Shown: positions 12,126 through 24,924 of the stretch, piece by piece
Layout: the number at the start of each line of letters is the position of its first letter
Numbering within the stretch: the stretch's first letter is position 1
Origin: Camelus ferus
Lineage: Eukaryota
Direction: 5' to 3'
NCBI RefSeq assembly: GCF_009834535.1
Contig: NC_045697.1
Span: 6,698,001-6,762,000, forward strand
Length of the DNA stretch: 64,000 nucleotides
Program-made: the position numbers and the translations under genes
Notes under the pieces: model-generated
Seen by the model: the letters and a program-made list of their open reading frames with translations, nothing else
What the model was told of the DNA's origin: nothing
Databases searched by the model: none

Positions 12126-13449
12126 CTGAAGAGCATTAGGAAACCCACAAAGACAGAGATCTTGTTGCAGGATAAGTTCCCTTTGGCTTCCATATTCGTG
12201 CTGATTTCAGTGTATCCAGACACAGTCTCAAACCTGGAACTTATTAAAATGTGTGAGTGCCTCTGCTGACTGCAAGCCCCACAACTCCTTTGGTTCGGCC
12301 TAGTTCATTTCTGCTAGTGTTTTATGATGCAAATGACTCCTTCTGGTATAGTCTGTCACCTTTTATGTAAGAAAAGACATTCTTTTAAAGAAAAAACCTT
12401 TCTCACTTCTTTAGTTTCTTCGCAGAGTTTCTCTCTCATCTCCTTCAGTAATTAACATTCCTCTTGAGGACTTTGGGATAGGAATCTCAGAGCCCCCATC
12501 CTGCTGCCTAAAGTAGTAAGATTTTTATATCATAAACTCTCCAGCATCTCTTGCTGTAATTGAGTGATTTGCCAAGTTTCACTTTGTGTAATTTGCTCAG
12601 AATGGAAAATGCAATCAGTAATTAACAAACCAACTCTTAAATATGGTTTTAAAATGCTGACAAATAATTTTTATGTGTATCTGCCCTGCTAACATACAGA
12701 GTATGAGAATTTTTGTGGACATCTATTGACAATGTTGGCCTGAGTCTTGTTGTGCCTGAACTTCAGCCTCACCCTTTTGAAATGTTCAGTTATGTATCAA
12801 TGGATTGCCTTTTTCTGATCATGAGATACAGAAATCTAATTCAAAGTGGCTTTGAAGTCTTTCAAATACTGTGACTGCATTTTTCTTAAAATTTTATTTT
12901 AAATTCTCCATAGCACCTGCATTTCTATACACAGTAAGATCATAATAAATATTTTTGACTGACCTATTATATGATACTAATATATTTATTTCCACAAATT
13001 GTTATTCAATTATCTCAATACAATTCTGCTAAACACTTCTATGACCTCCAGTCACTCAAGGATCTTTGCAGCACAAATCCAAAGCTTCCAAAATGGCACG
13101 TGGAAGGAAGGTGGGTTCCAGACCCAGGCACACTGAGCAACATCTCTGCTGCATCCTGATTGTGTAATTTTAAGAATGTTGCAGCATCTCAGGTATGATA
13201 GTTAAGAAAAATCTTTCTAAAGAAAGTGTTTTCAATTAATCTAAAAAAATACTGAGATATGGATTTAAGAATTAGATGTTAAATAGCCTTTTCTAATTCC
13301 CCAAACAAGGTTAAGTCTTCCATTTTATGTTCTATGGTTTTCTGCTGTATTTCCTTTTCTTAACATATATCACAAGTTAGTTATTTGCAAACACCTATCT
13401 TTCTTGTGAAAGTATATAAAAATACAGTGACCCTGTAAATGCTTGAAGG

Positions 13450-13601
13450 ATTGATGAATGAATGTAGATGGATAGATGGGTGGATTGGTGAATCGATGGA
13501 TGGATGAGCAGATGGGTGAATGGATAGATGGTTCAATGGACAGACAGACAGATCGATGAGTGAATGGATGGACAGATGGATGAATGAAAGAGTGGATGGA
13601 T
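13450..13601. repeat. Degenerate (GGAT/GAAT)n tetranucleotide repeat
   Basis: Direct reading; it explains the His/Pro/Ser-rich ORF at 13370-13645. Confidence 0.9.
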
Positions 13602-14639
13602 AAAACTGTCCACATCAGCAAAATCCTGAAGGTGAGAGAGAGCATGGGCTATCAAAGCTTTCTCTATTTTCTGTATTTCCATGGATAGAAATTATTTTGA
13701 AATATAAAGTTACAACTATGCTAATATATACTCAGAAAAAATCAGATATTCCAATCAACACAATGTGACATATACTTAAAAATATTTAATTGGCTTACAG
13801 AATATAGTCACAGTATATAAAATATTTTGACATACATTTCAAATATTTTATAGAAATATCATACCTATAAAAGAGAACATCATATGGGAGTACATTTTAT
13901 TCATCATATTGACAATATAAAAATATTCATGTATCCTAAAGCTAGGTTAAGTAGCAGAACATTTCTAAACATTCCTTGTTCTTTTCCTTGATTACGTCTT
14001 CTTCCATCTTTGCAAGAGGTAACCACTTGCTGGGATTTGCTCATTAACGTTTGCTTTTCTTTGCAACTTTTTTAAAGGACATAAATGTTCCTAACGTACG
14101 TATTATTTAGTTTTGCTTCTGAACTTTGTTAAAATACACATTTCAAAAAGTTAAAAACATGACCTTTACGTTAATGCAGTGAGCACCTGTTAAGAATGCA
14201 TTTAACTGAGGAGTAAGGGAAGTAATGGAATGATAGAACTGATTCAAAGGATGGTAAGAGAGACTGGAGGTTAAAGCTAATGAATAAAAGAATGATGAAA
14301 TAAGATTGCTGAGTGAGATAAAAACTCTAATGTCCTATAGGTCAATAAACCCATGAACTTTGGAGTTACCTTTCCTTCTGGACAAAAATTACTTGCAACT
14401 TATCAACCTTCAGAAACTAACACTGACTTTCCAAAGCTGGGTCCCTCATCAATCATATATAGTAAGTTAAACATAATCGTATTATCCTTAGATGGGCTTG
14501 TTAGATAAGGCTTTAGGAAAATGTTGAAAGGGACTCTTTTTGGGTTGGTAGTAATATTTCTGTCTTATTTCAAAGTTTTAGATATTTTCATCTTCACTTT
14601 GTATATGTGTAATCATAATACATATGTACACACATTCTT

Positions 14640-14870
14640 TTTTTAAACTTTAATAAGAAAATTTATTTATTTAACATTTTTTATTGAGTTATAGTCATTT
14701 TACAATGTTGTGTCAAATTCCAGTGAAGAGCACAATTTTTCAGCTATACGTGAACATAAATATATATTCATTGTCACATTTTTTTCCTCTGTGAGCTAAC
14801 ATAAGATCTTGTATATATTTCCCTGTGCTACACAGTATAATATTATTTATCTATTCTACATTTTAAAATC
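14640..14870 (-). mobile_element. Young L1 extreme 3'UTR
   Basis: ttattgagttatagtcattttacaatgttgtgtcaaattccagtg...; nearly the same text as 39850-40040 and the reverse complement of 26630-26830. Confidence 0.9.
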
Positions 14871-15084
14871 TATTCTAATGTTATATGTAGTTTTATGTTT
14901 CTGAGTTAATCTATGTTGATATAGATAGCTATAATATATACATATGAGTTGTATGAAAATCCACTTTTATTTATTTTGCATAAATATATATTGTTAAATG
15001 AAACTATTTCTTTTAGGATTATATGTTCTTTTCACATACCATACTTTAAAAAAATGTATAATATGGTGGCAAAGTCCTTTTCAA

Positions 15085-15295
15085 TTAGTGGTTAACAGCT
15101 CAGTCTCAGGCTGTCTGGGTATAAATCTTGGCTCTGGCACCTACTAAATCTTTCACTACCTCCATTTTCTCCTTCATAGACTAGAATAATAATGGTATCT
15201 ACCATATAGTGGTACTGTGAGTATAAAAGGGTAACACTCAAGCTTTTCTTGTCTCAAGCATTCACTAAATATTAGTGATTATTGCTATTATTATT
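15085..15295 (+). mobile_element. MIR
   Basis: agtggttaa...gtctgggtataaatcttggctctggcacctacta...aataatggtatctacc...gtgag. Confidence 0.7.
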
Positions 15296-15864
15296 TGGAA
15301 GTTAAACATCTAAATTCCATAAATATAAATTAATAATACACCTGTCTTTTAGTGGACATTCCAGATAAATAATTTCTACTGTTTTAATAAATGTGAAGAA
15401 AGAATACAGTTTTGGGCATGGGGTTTGTTGGACATGAAATCACAGGGAAAAGAGATTCATAAGGGTAGAGGATGACTAACACATTTGAATTTGAGGACAC
15501 AAAAGAACTTGTGAGATATATGCATATTCAGTTCACCCAGCTATGCTTACTCAGATTCCATGCTCTCCGATCCACCTGATTACTACTTGACTTTTCCTGT
15601 GAGTCAGCCCAAGGTGATGATGGCTGGCCATATGAATTTAACCATCTGGATCCTTAAGATTGATGTTTCAGCCCATTTCTTTTCTTTTTCTTTTTTTTTT
15701 TTTTAGCCTCTCTGCCTATAAGCATTATACCTATGAATTTGGTTAATGTGAGTAATCCACAGAAAGGAGACTTTCACTCAAAGTGCTAACATGAATCCCA
15801 TTCTAAATCTCCAGGGCTCAAGGCTCAGAGCTCGACTCTGAAACTTGGCAATGTGAGTACTACT

Positions 15865-16015
15865 GGAACTTCCCTCTTCAAAGAGTGTCCTCGGACCAGC
15901 AGATCAGCATCACTTGGAAGTTTATTAGAACTGCAGAATTTCAGTTCCAGACCTACTCAATCAGATTCTGTTTTATTGAGATCCCTAGGTGGTTCATACG
16001 ACATGAGCTTAGGAA
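15865..16015. mobile_element. MER5A-like hAT DNA transposon
   Basis: cttcaaag...ggaccagcag.tcagcatcacttggaagtttattagaactgcagaatt...agacctact.aatcaga.tctg...gatccctaggtggttcat. Confidence 0.8.
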
Positions 16016-17809
16016 AAGAACTGAACCAGAACATAAGGACTGTCCGCCATACCAAACAAACCTACATATTCCCCTGGCTGAGCATCTATCGATATATCTA
16101 TGGGGTATAAAGAGAAAAAAGGCGTGGAGAGGTGGGAGAATGGGAACTCGAGGTGGAAGAGTTTACCCTTAAATGGCGGAAGCAGTTGGCAGTGGTAATG
16201 GATGGTTGACGTAGGAGACATCAGCGAATGTGAAGAAATAAGGAATCCTGGGGTTAGGGTTTTGAATGTGTGGTTTGATTGGACATTCATGGCCCTTAGG
16301 AAGATTACAAGACATGTGGGAAAGGGGCATTTTGTGATTAGGGTATCAAGGCATCAGTAAGTACAAGGACCAAGATGTTGTTAGCTGGCAGGAGTAGAGG
16401 GAGCTCTAGCCCACAGAGCCGAGGGCATTGTAACTGTTTGTTAGACGAGTTTTACACTAGGTGGTCACAGCCTCACTCATCCCTGTGTGTCTTACAGGGG
16501 CAGGGTGGCTGGTACACCGTTGGGTCCCAATTAGGTTGGTTGCATGAATGAATTGTAGTAATAGCATTTCTAGGGATCTCTGTTTTTAGTATTCTACACA
16601 TATTAACTGATACTCTTCTCTCGATCACCCAACATAGTCCTTCTCCTCTTCTTCCTCCCTCTTTTCTCCCTCCTACCTCTCCTCTTCCCCACTGGGTGAA
16701 TAAGAGTAAAAAATGTAACTTGCCTAAAGTCATGTAACATGAGTCTCAGAGATAAGTTTCAAATCCAGGCAGACTGACCTTGTATTTCACCCTCTGAGGG
16801 AAGAGTGAACAGTATGCTAGGACGTTCGCATAGACACACAGGTCTAGAACAAGGAGCCACCTTATTCTTGGTGACAAGCTGTGAGCACAGGTTCGTGTTT
16901 TTCTCCTGGTGACATGGACTTATATGCTGACGCAGCTTCTCAGTGTGAAGGTGGCTTTGACATTAAATCACTTGACTCCTTTCACTGCAACAGACTCACC
17001 TGGTAGGAAGTTCCTAAGCAGAGGTGGAAACAGTGTGAAGTGACCTCTCCATTAAAATGATACACATATATAGGTCTGTATATTGTATATTAGAAGTATA
17101 ATTAATTATATACATGTAATTTTTAAAACTCCCTTATAAAAATAATGGAGAAATGGTCAGCTTTTCTTTTTGTTATATTCTTACTTTATAGATCACACTC
17201 ACATTCTTACTTTATAGATCTTTTTAAAGATCATATCCTTAAAACGCACATTTTAAAATGAAAATACATAGTAAAGGAGAAAGGAAAATTCATGGAAGAA
17301 GAAAATATGAGCGAATAAGTTTACAACATGTAACAAATGAATGTCAACATCCATTTTTTAAGGATAAGGTAGCCTTCTACCTAATAATCTTCAGACCTAA
17401 TTCACTGCACATCATATAGGGGCCCATTGAACTTGCAGTCACGTCTGCCCTGGCATCCATGGCATCATGTTGGGACTGTTTGTTTCTCATGACCGTGTGT
17501 GTTCTGAGAGCAGAGAAGGGGTTTTACTCGGTTCTTTGTCCTTAGCGTGTACAAATCCTCCATTTGATCTTTTTCAAGCTGTCTTGTAAAATTGTTTATT
17601 TTTTTCTGCATTCTCAATTCACATTTTTCTGGTAGTGAGCCACAATAAAGAAAAATTTTGGCCCTGGTATTGAAGGTTATTGCCCCTCTTGATCATAACT
17701 GTCCCCTCCCTCTGATGTTATGACACTTTAACGGACAACTTAAAGCTTCTTTGATATCCTTGACGGCTCCGAGATGTAATGTTCTCTGCTGTTCACTTTT
17801 GGTTTCAGA

Positions 17810-17846
17810 TGTGTGTGCGCCTGTGTGTGTGTGTGTGTGTGTGTGT
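17810..17846. repeat. (TG)n microsatellite, interrupted
   Basis: Direct reading. Confidence 0.95.
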
Positions 17847-18224
17847 TTAAGAGAGGGAGAGAAAGAAAAGAAATTTCTCCCTCCTTCCTCATTTCTTCCG
17901 ATGATGTATAAACATAAAATAAAATAAAACAATAAGATAAAATACAGTGAAATAAACATTTAAAAAAGGGGCTGCGTGTGGGCAGCAGTGAGACACCTCC
18001 CATGAGGGACCGAATCTCCTCCAGACTGTACAGTCTCCCTAGCTGTAGTTCTCTTCTACTTCTTTGACTTGGCTCTGTGCACTTTGCTGAATAGCAGGAC
18101 TATGCTTTTAAGGGCAAAACTTCCCCCTCAACTTCAATAAAGCTTTTGTGTTGTCGGTGCAGCACCAGTGGGAAACACTCTGCTCCCCTCTGCAGATCTC
18201 AACAGTTGAGCGCCCAGGGCATGT

Positions 18225-19312
18225 TCCTGTTTCCTCTCTTATCTGCCTGTACTCTTTCCCAGGTGATTCCAATCAGGATCCATAGCTTTAAATAACATCA
18301 ACAAGCTGATGATTCCCCAATTTACACCTTCAATCTTGAAAACTCCGTGGAGCTCAAGAATAGTTTTTTAACAGCTTACTTGACTGTTGCACTTGGATAT
18401 CTAAAAGCATTTCAAATCTAACAACATAAAACAGAAGCTGTTTTCTCTTGCATCTCCAAGTCTGTTCCTGTGCTAATCTCTCTTTGAGTGTGTAGCACCA
18501 GCATACTTGTTGGCTTAAGGAGAGCAAGTGAATTTATTCTTGATTATGTTTTTTGTTAACCTCTGAGCCAGTCCATCCACAGTTCTTTCAAAATTCATCC
18601 AGAATCCATTTCCACTGAGCTACCCTAGTCCATACTAATAATGTCTCTTGCTTGGAATAATAATAATACAATAGCTTCACTTTTCCCCCCTGCAATCTGT
18701 AGCTACAGAGATATTTTGAAAGTAACAATCAGATTAGATTGCCCCTCCCACTATTTAAAATTCTTCTATGGTTTCCCTTTGCACTCAGAATAAAATCTGA
18801 CCTACATAGCACGACCCTCAAAATATGACAAGATCCAGTCCATACCTATTTCTAAAAAAGTCGTATCATGGTTTCTTAGCTCCACCTAACAGCCACCTCC
18901 TTTCCTTTACTCTGTTTGCCCAGCTGGGTCATGTTCCAAGTGCTGGATTTGCTGTTTCTTCTCCCTACCCTGCTCTCACCTGGCTAATTACAGGCAGATC
19001 TCACAGTGCAGGATGACCTTTCCAAGAAGGCTTCTGTCTCTGAGCAACTCATGGAAAGCAGCTTATCTCCTCCAGTCACTTCTTACCATATTGTTCTCCC
19101 CCCCCCATTTCCTTCACAGTACTTGACATTGTCAGAAATACTTTCATTTTAGCTTGTGTTGTGTCTCCCTCTTTCCACTGGAATGTCACTCCTTGAGGCC
19201 AGGCATTTTGTTGTTCTTGTAGTTTACCCTGCTTCTGTATCTTAAACAGAACTGGGTGCAAAGTAGATGCTCACAAGATGGTTATTGATAATGAATGACT
19301 AACTGAATGAAT
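18225..19312 (+). mobile_element. L2 3' portion
   Basis: gctgatgattcccc.atttac..., cacttggatatctaa...catttcaaatctaac, tgcactcagaataaaatc, ending gctc...gttattg...aatgaatgactaactgaatgaat. Confidence 0.8.
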
Positions 19313-20401
19313 CCCTACTTTCAGTATAAGCTTAATCCTTACAGGTGGGAACTTTGCTGCCATTTGGGAGAGTGCATTTTCTTCAAAATTTTATTGACAT
19401 CAATGCTTTCTTACACAATGGGGATTTAGAACTGCATTATCTGTGAATCATTTTCACAAGACTCCAGGTATGAGCAATAAAGGCTTTTGGCCCAAGTTTC
19501 AGAGTCTGTTATATATTCACAGGTGTTCATGTCTATAAGAGGACAAATAATGGCTTATATAATACACGTGGCTTATATTACATGGCACAACTACAAGAGT
19601 GTGATTGAAAACACTAGTTCTCTGGTTTTATTGCTGTGGACTGTGGTTCTTATCTTTGTAGATGGTGGTCTCATGCGTTTAACTTGGCCTTGCCACTATG
19701 CCCACTTTACTTACTCTAATTTTCGTGATTTGGATTTACCTCCTGGCACTGTTTCTTGGCTCTCCCCATTGGCTTTGACTTTCTGGGGAAGGTGTCTTAT
19801 CCTTCAGCTCCTGCCCATGACCAATCGTTTGGTTCACTCTCTCACACCATGTACTGTGGTCAGAGGGCTTAATGGTCGAGACCTTTGGTTTTGATCATCA
19901 TTTGGTCATTTGGTTTTGATTTACCACTTGTAACCTGTATGACTTTGGGAAAATTGGGTATCCACTATCAGAAACAGTTTCATTACCTACAAGAAGAGAC
20001 ACTGTTGTAATAGTGGCAGCGTTGAACTGACGTCCATTGTAGAGTAGGTGAGAAAAACAAGTGGAAGCATTAAGCAGCGCTGGTTCAGAGGGCACGTGGA
20101 ATTAGACAGTGGCCATTACTATCAGTTTTAACCTCCCCAGTGGTCCCCAGGCCACCTTGCCTTCTCTCTTCTCAACAAACACAACATCCAACCAGGACTA
20201 TAAAATATAACTACTCTCAAAAGCCATGATCCAAAATCTAACATGATTCTTGGCACATAGGGCACTAAGAGTGCTTGTTGGTTGAATGAATACCTGCCTC
20301 TGGGAAGATTTCCCTTCCTGTAACCTAGGTCTGTCCTTTAGGAACAAGAGCCATTAAAGTAAAATATTGCCACTGCTTTTGAGGTCATTGAGGGCAACTT
20401 G

Positions 20402-20402
20402 G

Positions 20403-20445
<43 letters not shown>

Positions 20446-21100
20446 TTGATGTATAGTAGATTTACAATGTTGTGCTAGTTTCTGGTGTACAGCAAAGTGA
20501 TTCAGTTATACATACATATATTTTTTTCATTGTAGGTTATTACAAGATATTGAATGTAGTTCCCTGTGCTGAACAGTAGAACCTTGCTGTTTATCTATTT
20601 TGTATATAGTAGTTTGTATCTGTTAACCCCAAACTCCTAGTTTATCCTTCTCCTTATTTCCCCTTTGGTAACCTTAAGTTTGTTTTCTGTGTCTGTGAGT
20701 CCCTTTCTGTTTTATAAATATGTTCTTCTGTATTATTTTTTTAGATTCCACATGTAAGTGATATCATGATATTTGTCTTTCTCTGTCTGACTTACTTCAC
20801 TTAGTATGATAATTTTTAGGTTCATCTATGTGGCTGCAAATGGCATTATTTCATTTTTTAATGGCTTTGTATATATAAATGTATAATATATATGCTGTAT
20901 CTTCTTTATCCAATCATCTGTCGATAAACATTTAGGTTGCTTCCATGTCTTGACTATTGTAAATAGTACTGCTATGAACATTAGGGTGCATGTATCTTTT
21001 CAAATTAGAGTTTTCATCTTTTATGGATATATGCCCAAGAGTGAGATCACTGGATCATATGGTAACTCTATTTTTAGCTTTTTAAGGACTCTCCATAGTA
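20402..21100 (-). mobile_element. 5'-truncated lineage-specific L1 with (TTTA)n tail
   Basis: (ttta)n at 20402-20447, then antisense L1 3'UTR and ORF2 end (ttccatgtcttgactattgtaaatagt...ggatatatgcccaagagtg). Confidence 0.92.
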
Positions 21101-21824
21101 CAGAGCCAGCTTTCTAATTCAAAACTGTCACGCTCAGAAAAAGCAATGTACTTTGCATACTGTCTTTGAATGTTTTGTGACAAAGTTAATTACAATTTAT
21201 TTCCAAGAGATGTTCATTTATTTAATAGGGCATCCTTATCATCCCCTTGTATCTAAAGTAAATAGAAAGATAAAAATAAGGTAAGGGAAACAAGATTATC
21301 TCCTTCAGCAGGGGGATCGATATTTTGGAACTTTTTGTATTAATTGTGCCTTTACATAATTCAGTGTATTTCCTAGTACTTGCCATTTGCCAAGACTTGT
21401 GTCAACACAAAAGACATTATAGGCCAACTGGGTGCCAAATTCTTCTCCAGGTGGTAAAGTTGGACCTCCCAGGAGTTCTGAACTGATCACAGCCTAAGTT
21501 CCAAGGATTAGGACTGGGCAAGGTGTGTCGCGTAACTGGTATGGCTGGAGCAGGATGGTGCTAGATGCTGAGTGCACGTGTGGTCTTATTTACGGCAGAG
21601 TGCAAAGGTAGACATTGATGAGGTTTATGGGTCATCAGATGTGAGTGGAGGTGGGGAGGCTGAGGAGAAGGTATGGAGGTGAAACACAAGATTAGATGAC
21701 CAATGAGACTTTGCAATTTTCGTAGAGAGAAAAGCTAGGATCCTTAGCACTGGGTGTAAGCTACATTAAGGATTAACTGGTGAAGGCACAGGGTCAGGGT
21801 GAAGGTGGTTTTCTAGCTCTGCTT

Positions 21825-22347
21825 GATAAAACCTCGTGCTAGTGAACCAAAGCTGTCTATCCCCCACTCAGCCGGAGCTCTGAACTGAAACCATAGTTCA
21901 TTGCCCACATTACCTTGGCTTTGCTATTCCACATCTTCATGACACTACCTCGCTTCTCTGGAGTTGTTCTGCCCAACCAAATGATTGGGCACTCATTTCA
22001 GGAACTTCCTAAAAGACCCACTGACTCTTCAAAGGAAAGCAGCAACAGAGAGTTTACATCCTCAAATTTTTTGAATCCTTCACCTCAGGGTCTTTGCTTG
22101 CAATTTCCACAAATCTTTGGTTGTTGTATCAAAATTCTTATTCAATCTGTATCAAATCCCCGCACTGGAGGACTTGCCTTAAGCCAAACTTCCAAGTTTC
22201 AATAAATTCTGATCTTACCATCCTCATGCTGAGACACTGCCAAAGCTTTGTGAAGACAGTGTCTTCCTTAACCTCTGTAAACAACAAACTCACTCTTGTC
22301 TTATCAACAGGTTATATTGGTGATATTTGGATAACCAACCATTGACA
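21825..22347 (+). mobile_element. Ancient ERV1-class solo LTR (MER31/MER67-like)
   Basis: Approximate tg...ca ends and a 3' end recalled from this family: gagacactgcc...aaactcactcttgtcttatcaacaggt...ggtgatatttgg...ttgaca. Confidence 0.6.
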
Positions 22348-22420
22348 GTTTCTATGAAGGGTCCAAGGGGATGTAACTGTGGACATTTGAATTTTACCTC
22401 AAACAGAGAAGCTTTGCAAA

Positions 22421-22436
22421 TATATATATATATATA

Positions 22437-22478
<42 letters not shown>
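22421..22478. repeat. Compound (TA)n(GA)n microsatellite
   Basis: Direct reading. Confidence 0.95.
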
Positions 22479-23559
22479 TTACATATCCTATTTGACTAGA
22501 AAAAATTAGCTTATAATAAAAAAAAAAGGAGTTCTGAAAATCACTGTTGCATTCAGAAGAAAAATGGCCTTTGAATTGTCCTACCTGAGTTTGGTATATT
22601 TCTCCATCGTTATTTGTATAGATTTGAGCAAATCTCCCCTTACAGCTCCCCTGCCCCTTCCTCTATGTAATGGAGGTGTTTAACCAGAAATCCTCTAAAA
22701 ATTATCTTCCATCCTTAAACAGACTCTGTTTCTGTAATGGCTTTGCATTGATGCCGTCTGTCAAAATGACCTCTTATGGCATAAACTTCTGTTCCTAAAA
22801 TACTAATTTTCCTCACAGCATCTCACGGAATGCTGGGCACATACCAGTCGCTCAATAACCAGCTGTTGGTCGTTTGTACAATTGAAGCTGGATCCAATTC
22901 AATGTCTGGAATTTTTTATTTTCACTGTCTGATTCTGTAATGCACCAAGATAATTTTATATCAGAGACAAAGCTGATGGATGGAGAGAGAGAGAATGCAC
23001 ATTTATTAAATGCTTGACAATGGCAGACCCAGTGCTCAAATTTTTATATGCTGGAGAAATCATCACACTCTAGTCAAAAAGTTTGAAAACAGAGGCCAAG
23101 GCAGTTTAAGGAAATTTCCCAGGTTACTGGTCTATGCAAGACAGGGATTGAAACCAAATGCATCTAATGCCCAAGCTATGTTGGGCATCAGAATCAACTA
23201 AGGCTTCACCAGATGCACAAATCCTTGAGCACAAAGGCCAAGTTTTAGGATTTACAGATGATGGATTGGACATGCATTTTAAGAAGAAACCCACATGACT
23301 TCAATTCAGATAATCACCAAGAAATATTTTATTAAAGACTTTTCTACCTGCATTTTAGTAGTGAGAGGTTCACACTTTGTCTTTCTAAAACTACAGAATA
23401 GGCTTACTTGTCTTCATTTTATGGAAAAGGGAACTGAGATCCACAGGCAACTTGAGAAACACAGCTAGTTTATGGAAGTGTCTCCAGTGAAATTAAGGCC
23501 CCTCCAGACTTTTAAATTCAGGACCCTTTCTTAAAAAAAAGTTTTCTTTAAAAAATTTT

Positions 23560-24760
23560 TATCAGTTATGCATGCATTTAATATAAAAAGTAAAACTATT
23601 CTACAAGTACTGTTATGGAAAAGACCGTCCCTGACTGCCCTCCAAACTTTTTCCTTCTCTCCAAGTACAGCCAATTCTGCCATTTATCTCCATGTTCATA
23701 TAACAAAATTAAATGTCTACTTACTACTTTTACAATTTTAAGCTTTATGTAATGTGTTCTTGGTACACAAATAGGATTTTTCTTTCTTTGACATCTTCTT
23801 CCCTTGCACCTATCATCAGCTCACTTTCCAGTTATTCTGCTACCTACAATAAATACGTACATAATTTGGTTTAGATCATTATTTAGAATTTAAATTATCA
23901 TGACCATGTAAATCTATTGATGGCTGGGTCATTTAGTAAACTATGATGATTTTTATTTTTCCTGTGCAGTATTTTGTCTTTGTTTATAATCATCTATGCA
24001 CTTAAAAATTTGTTTATTTATTATTGTATTATTTAATTATTTTATTTTGGCAGGGGGGAGGTTATTAGGTTTGTTTATTTTTGGAGGAGGTACTGGGGAT
24101 TGAACCCAGGTCCTCATGCATGCTAAGCATGTGCTTTACCACTTGAGCTATACCCTCCCCCCATCTATGCACTTATTGCTAATGTATTCCCCACATTTCT
24201 CTCAACTATGAAAACTTTTGATGCATTTAATTATACTGACTTTTGTGCAGCCTAGAAATTTCTGACCTGTCTTAGCTGTGATGATTTACTTCTGGTTCAG
24301 TTGTACAGATGAGATCTGGCAATTCCCCTTAACAATTTTCCTAGGATTTTCCTTGTCTGTTTGCCTTTTGTGTTGTGAATCTCATGCCTCCTGTATCTTG
24401 TTTTAGTTCCTTATTTTTATGAGAATACCCTCTATTAGCCTCCTATGAAGGACCACAAAGAAGGTAACATACTAAGAATTGCTTAATATTAAGAATATTA
24501 AGAATTGCTTGTCTAAAAATGTCTTTAGTTTATCTTCACATATATTTCATGTTTGAGGTATAGAATACAAGGTTCACATATTTTTCTTTCAGAATTTCAA
24601 AGGCATTTTTCACTGTCTCATGGCGGCCGATTTTTCTGATTATAAATCTACTGTCTTTCTGATTCATGATCCTTTGAATATAGTCTTTTTTTGTTTGTTT
24701 GTTTATCTTCCTAGAAGCATTTAGAAGTTTTTCTTTCCTTTCTAAATTTTAGTTCAGTGA
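23560..24760 (-). mobile_element. Very old L1M fragment that hosts the SINE at 24005
   Basis: ttgcttgtctaaaaatgtctttagttt...tatagaat...tttctttcagaatttcaaaggcatt...cactgtct, typical of old L1 antisense text. Confidence 0.55.
24005..24161 (-). mobile_element. tRNA-derived SINE (camelid Vic-1-like) with 14-bp TSD
   Basis: The minus strand reads gggggagggtatagctcaagtggtaaagc (A box)...gggttcaatcccc (B box) and an A-rich tail. TSD catctatgcactta at 23991-24004 and 24162-24175. Confidence 0.92.
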
Positions 24761-24924
24761 AAATAGACAGAATTTAACTGGACGTTTTTGGTAGAATGCA
24801 TTGTTTTAGTAAGAGAGACAAAAATTTCAAACTCAAGTAAAAAGAGGATAATTCTTTTTTGTTAAAAGGAAGTGCTTACAAAAACTCCTGACACAATACA
24901 CATGTTCATGAAATGTTCTTCTAA

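Noticed and set aside
13450..13601. Periodic array
   Set aside because: A simple degenerate GGAT microsatellite with no repeat-spacer (CRISPR-like) structure.
19487..19894. 135-aa hydrophobic ORF
   Set aside because: It has a TTG start, its hydrophobicity reflects T-rich DNA, and I recognise no homolog.
24075..24161. tRNA-like A and B boxes (also 54730-54803)
   Set aside because: These are SINE heads with tails and TSDs, not tRNA genes.
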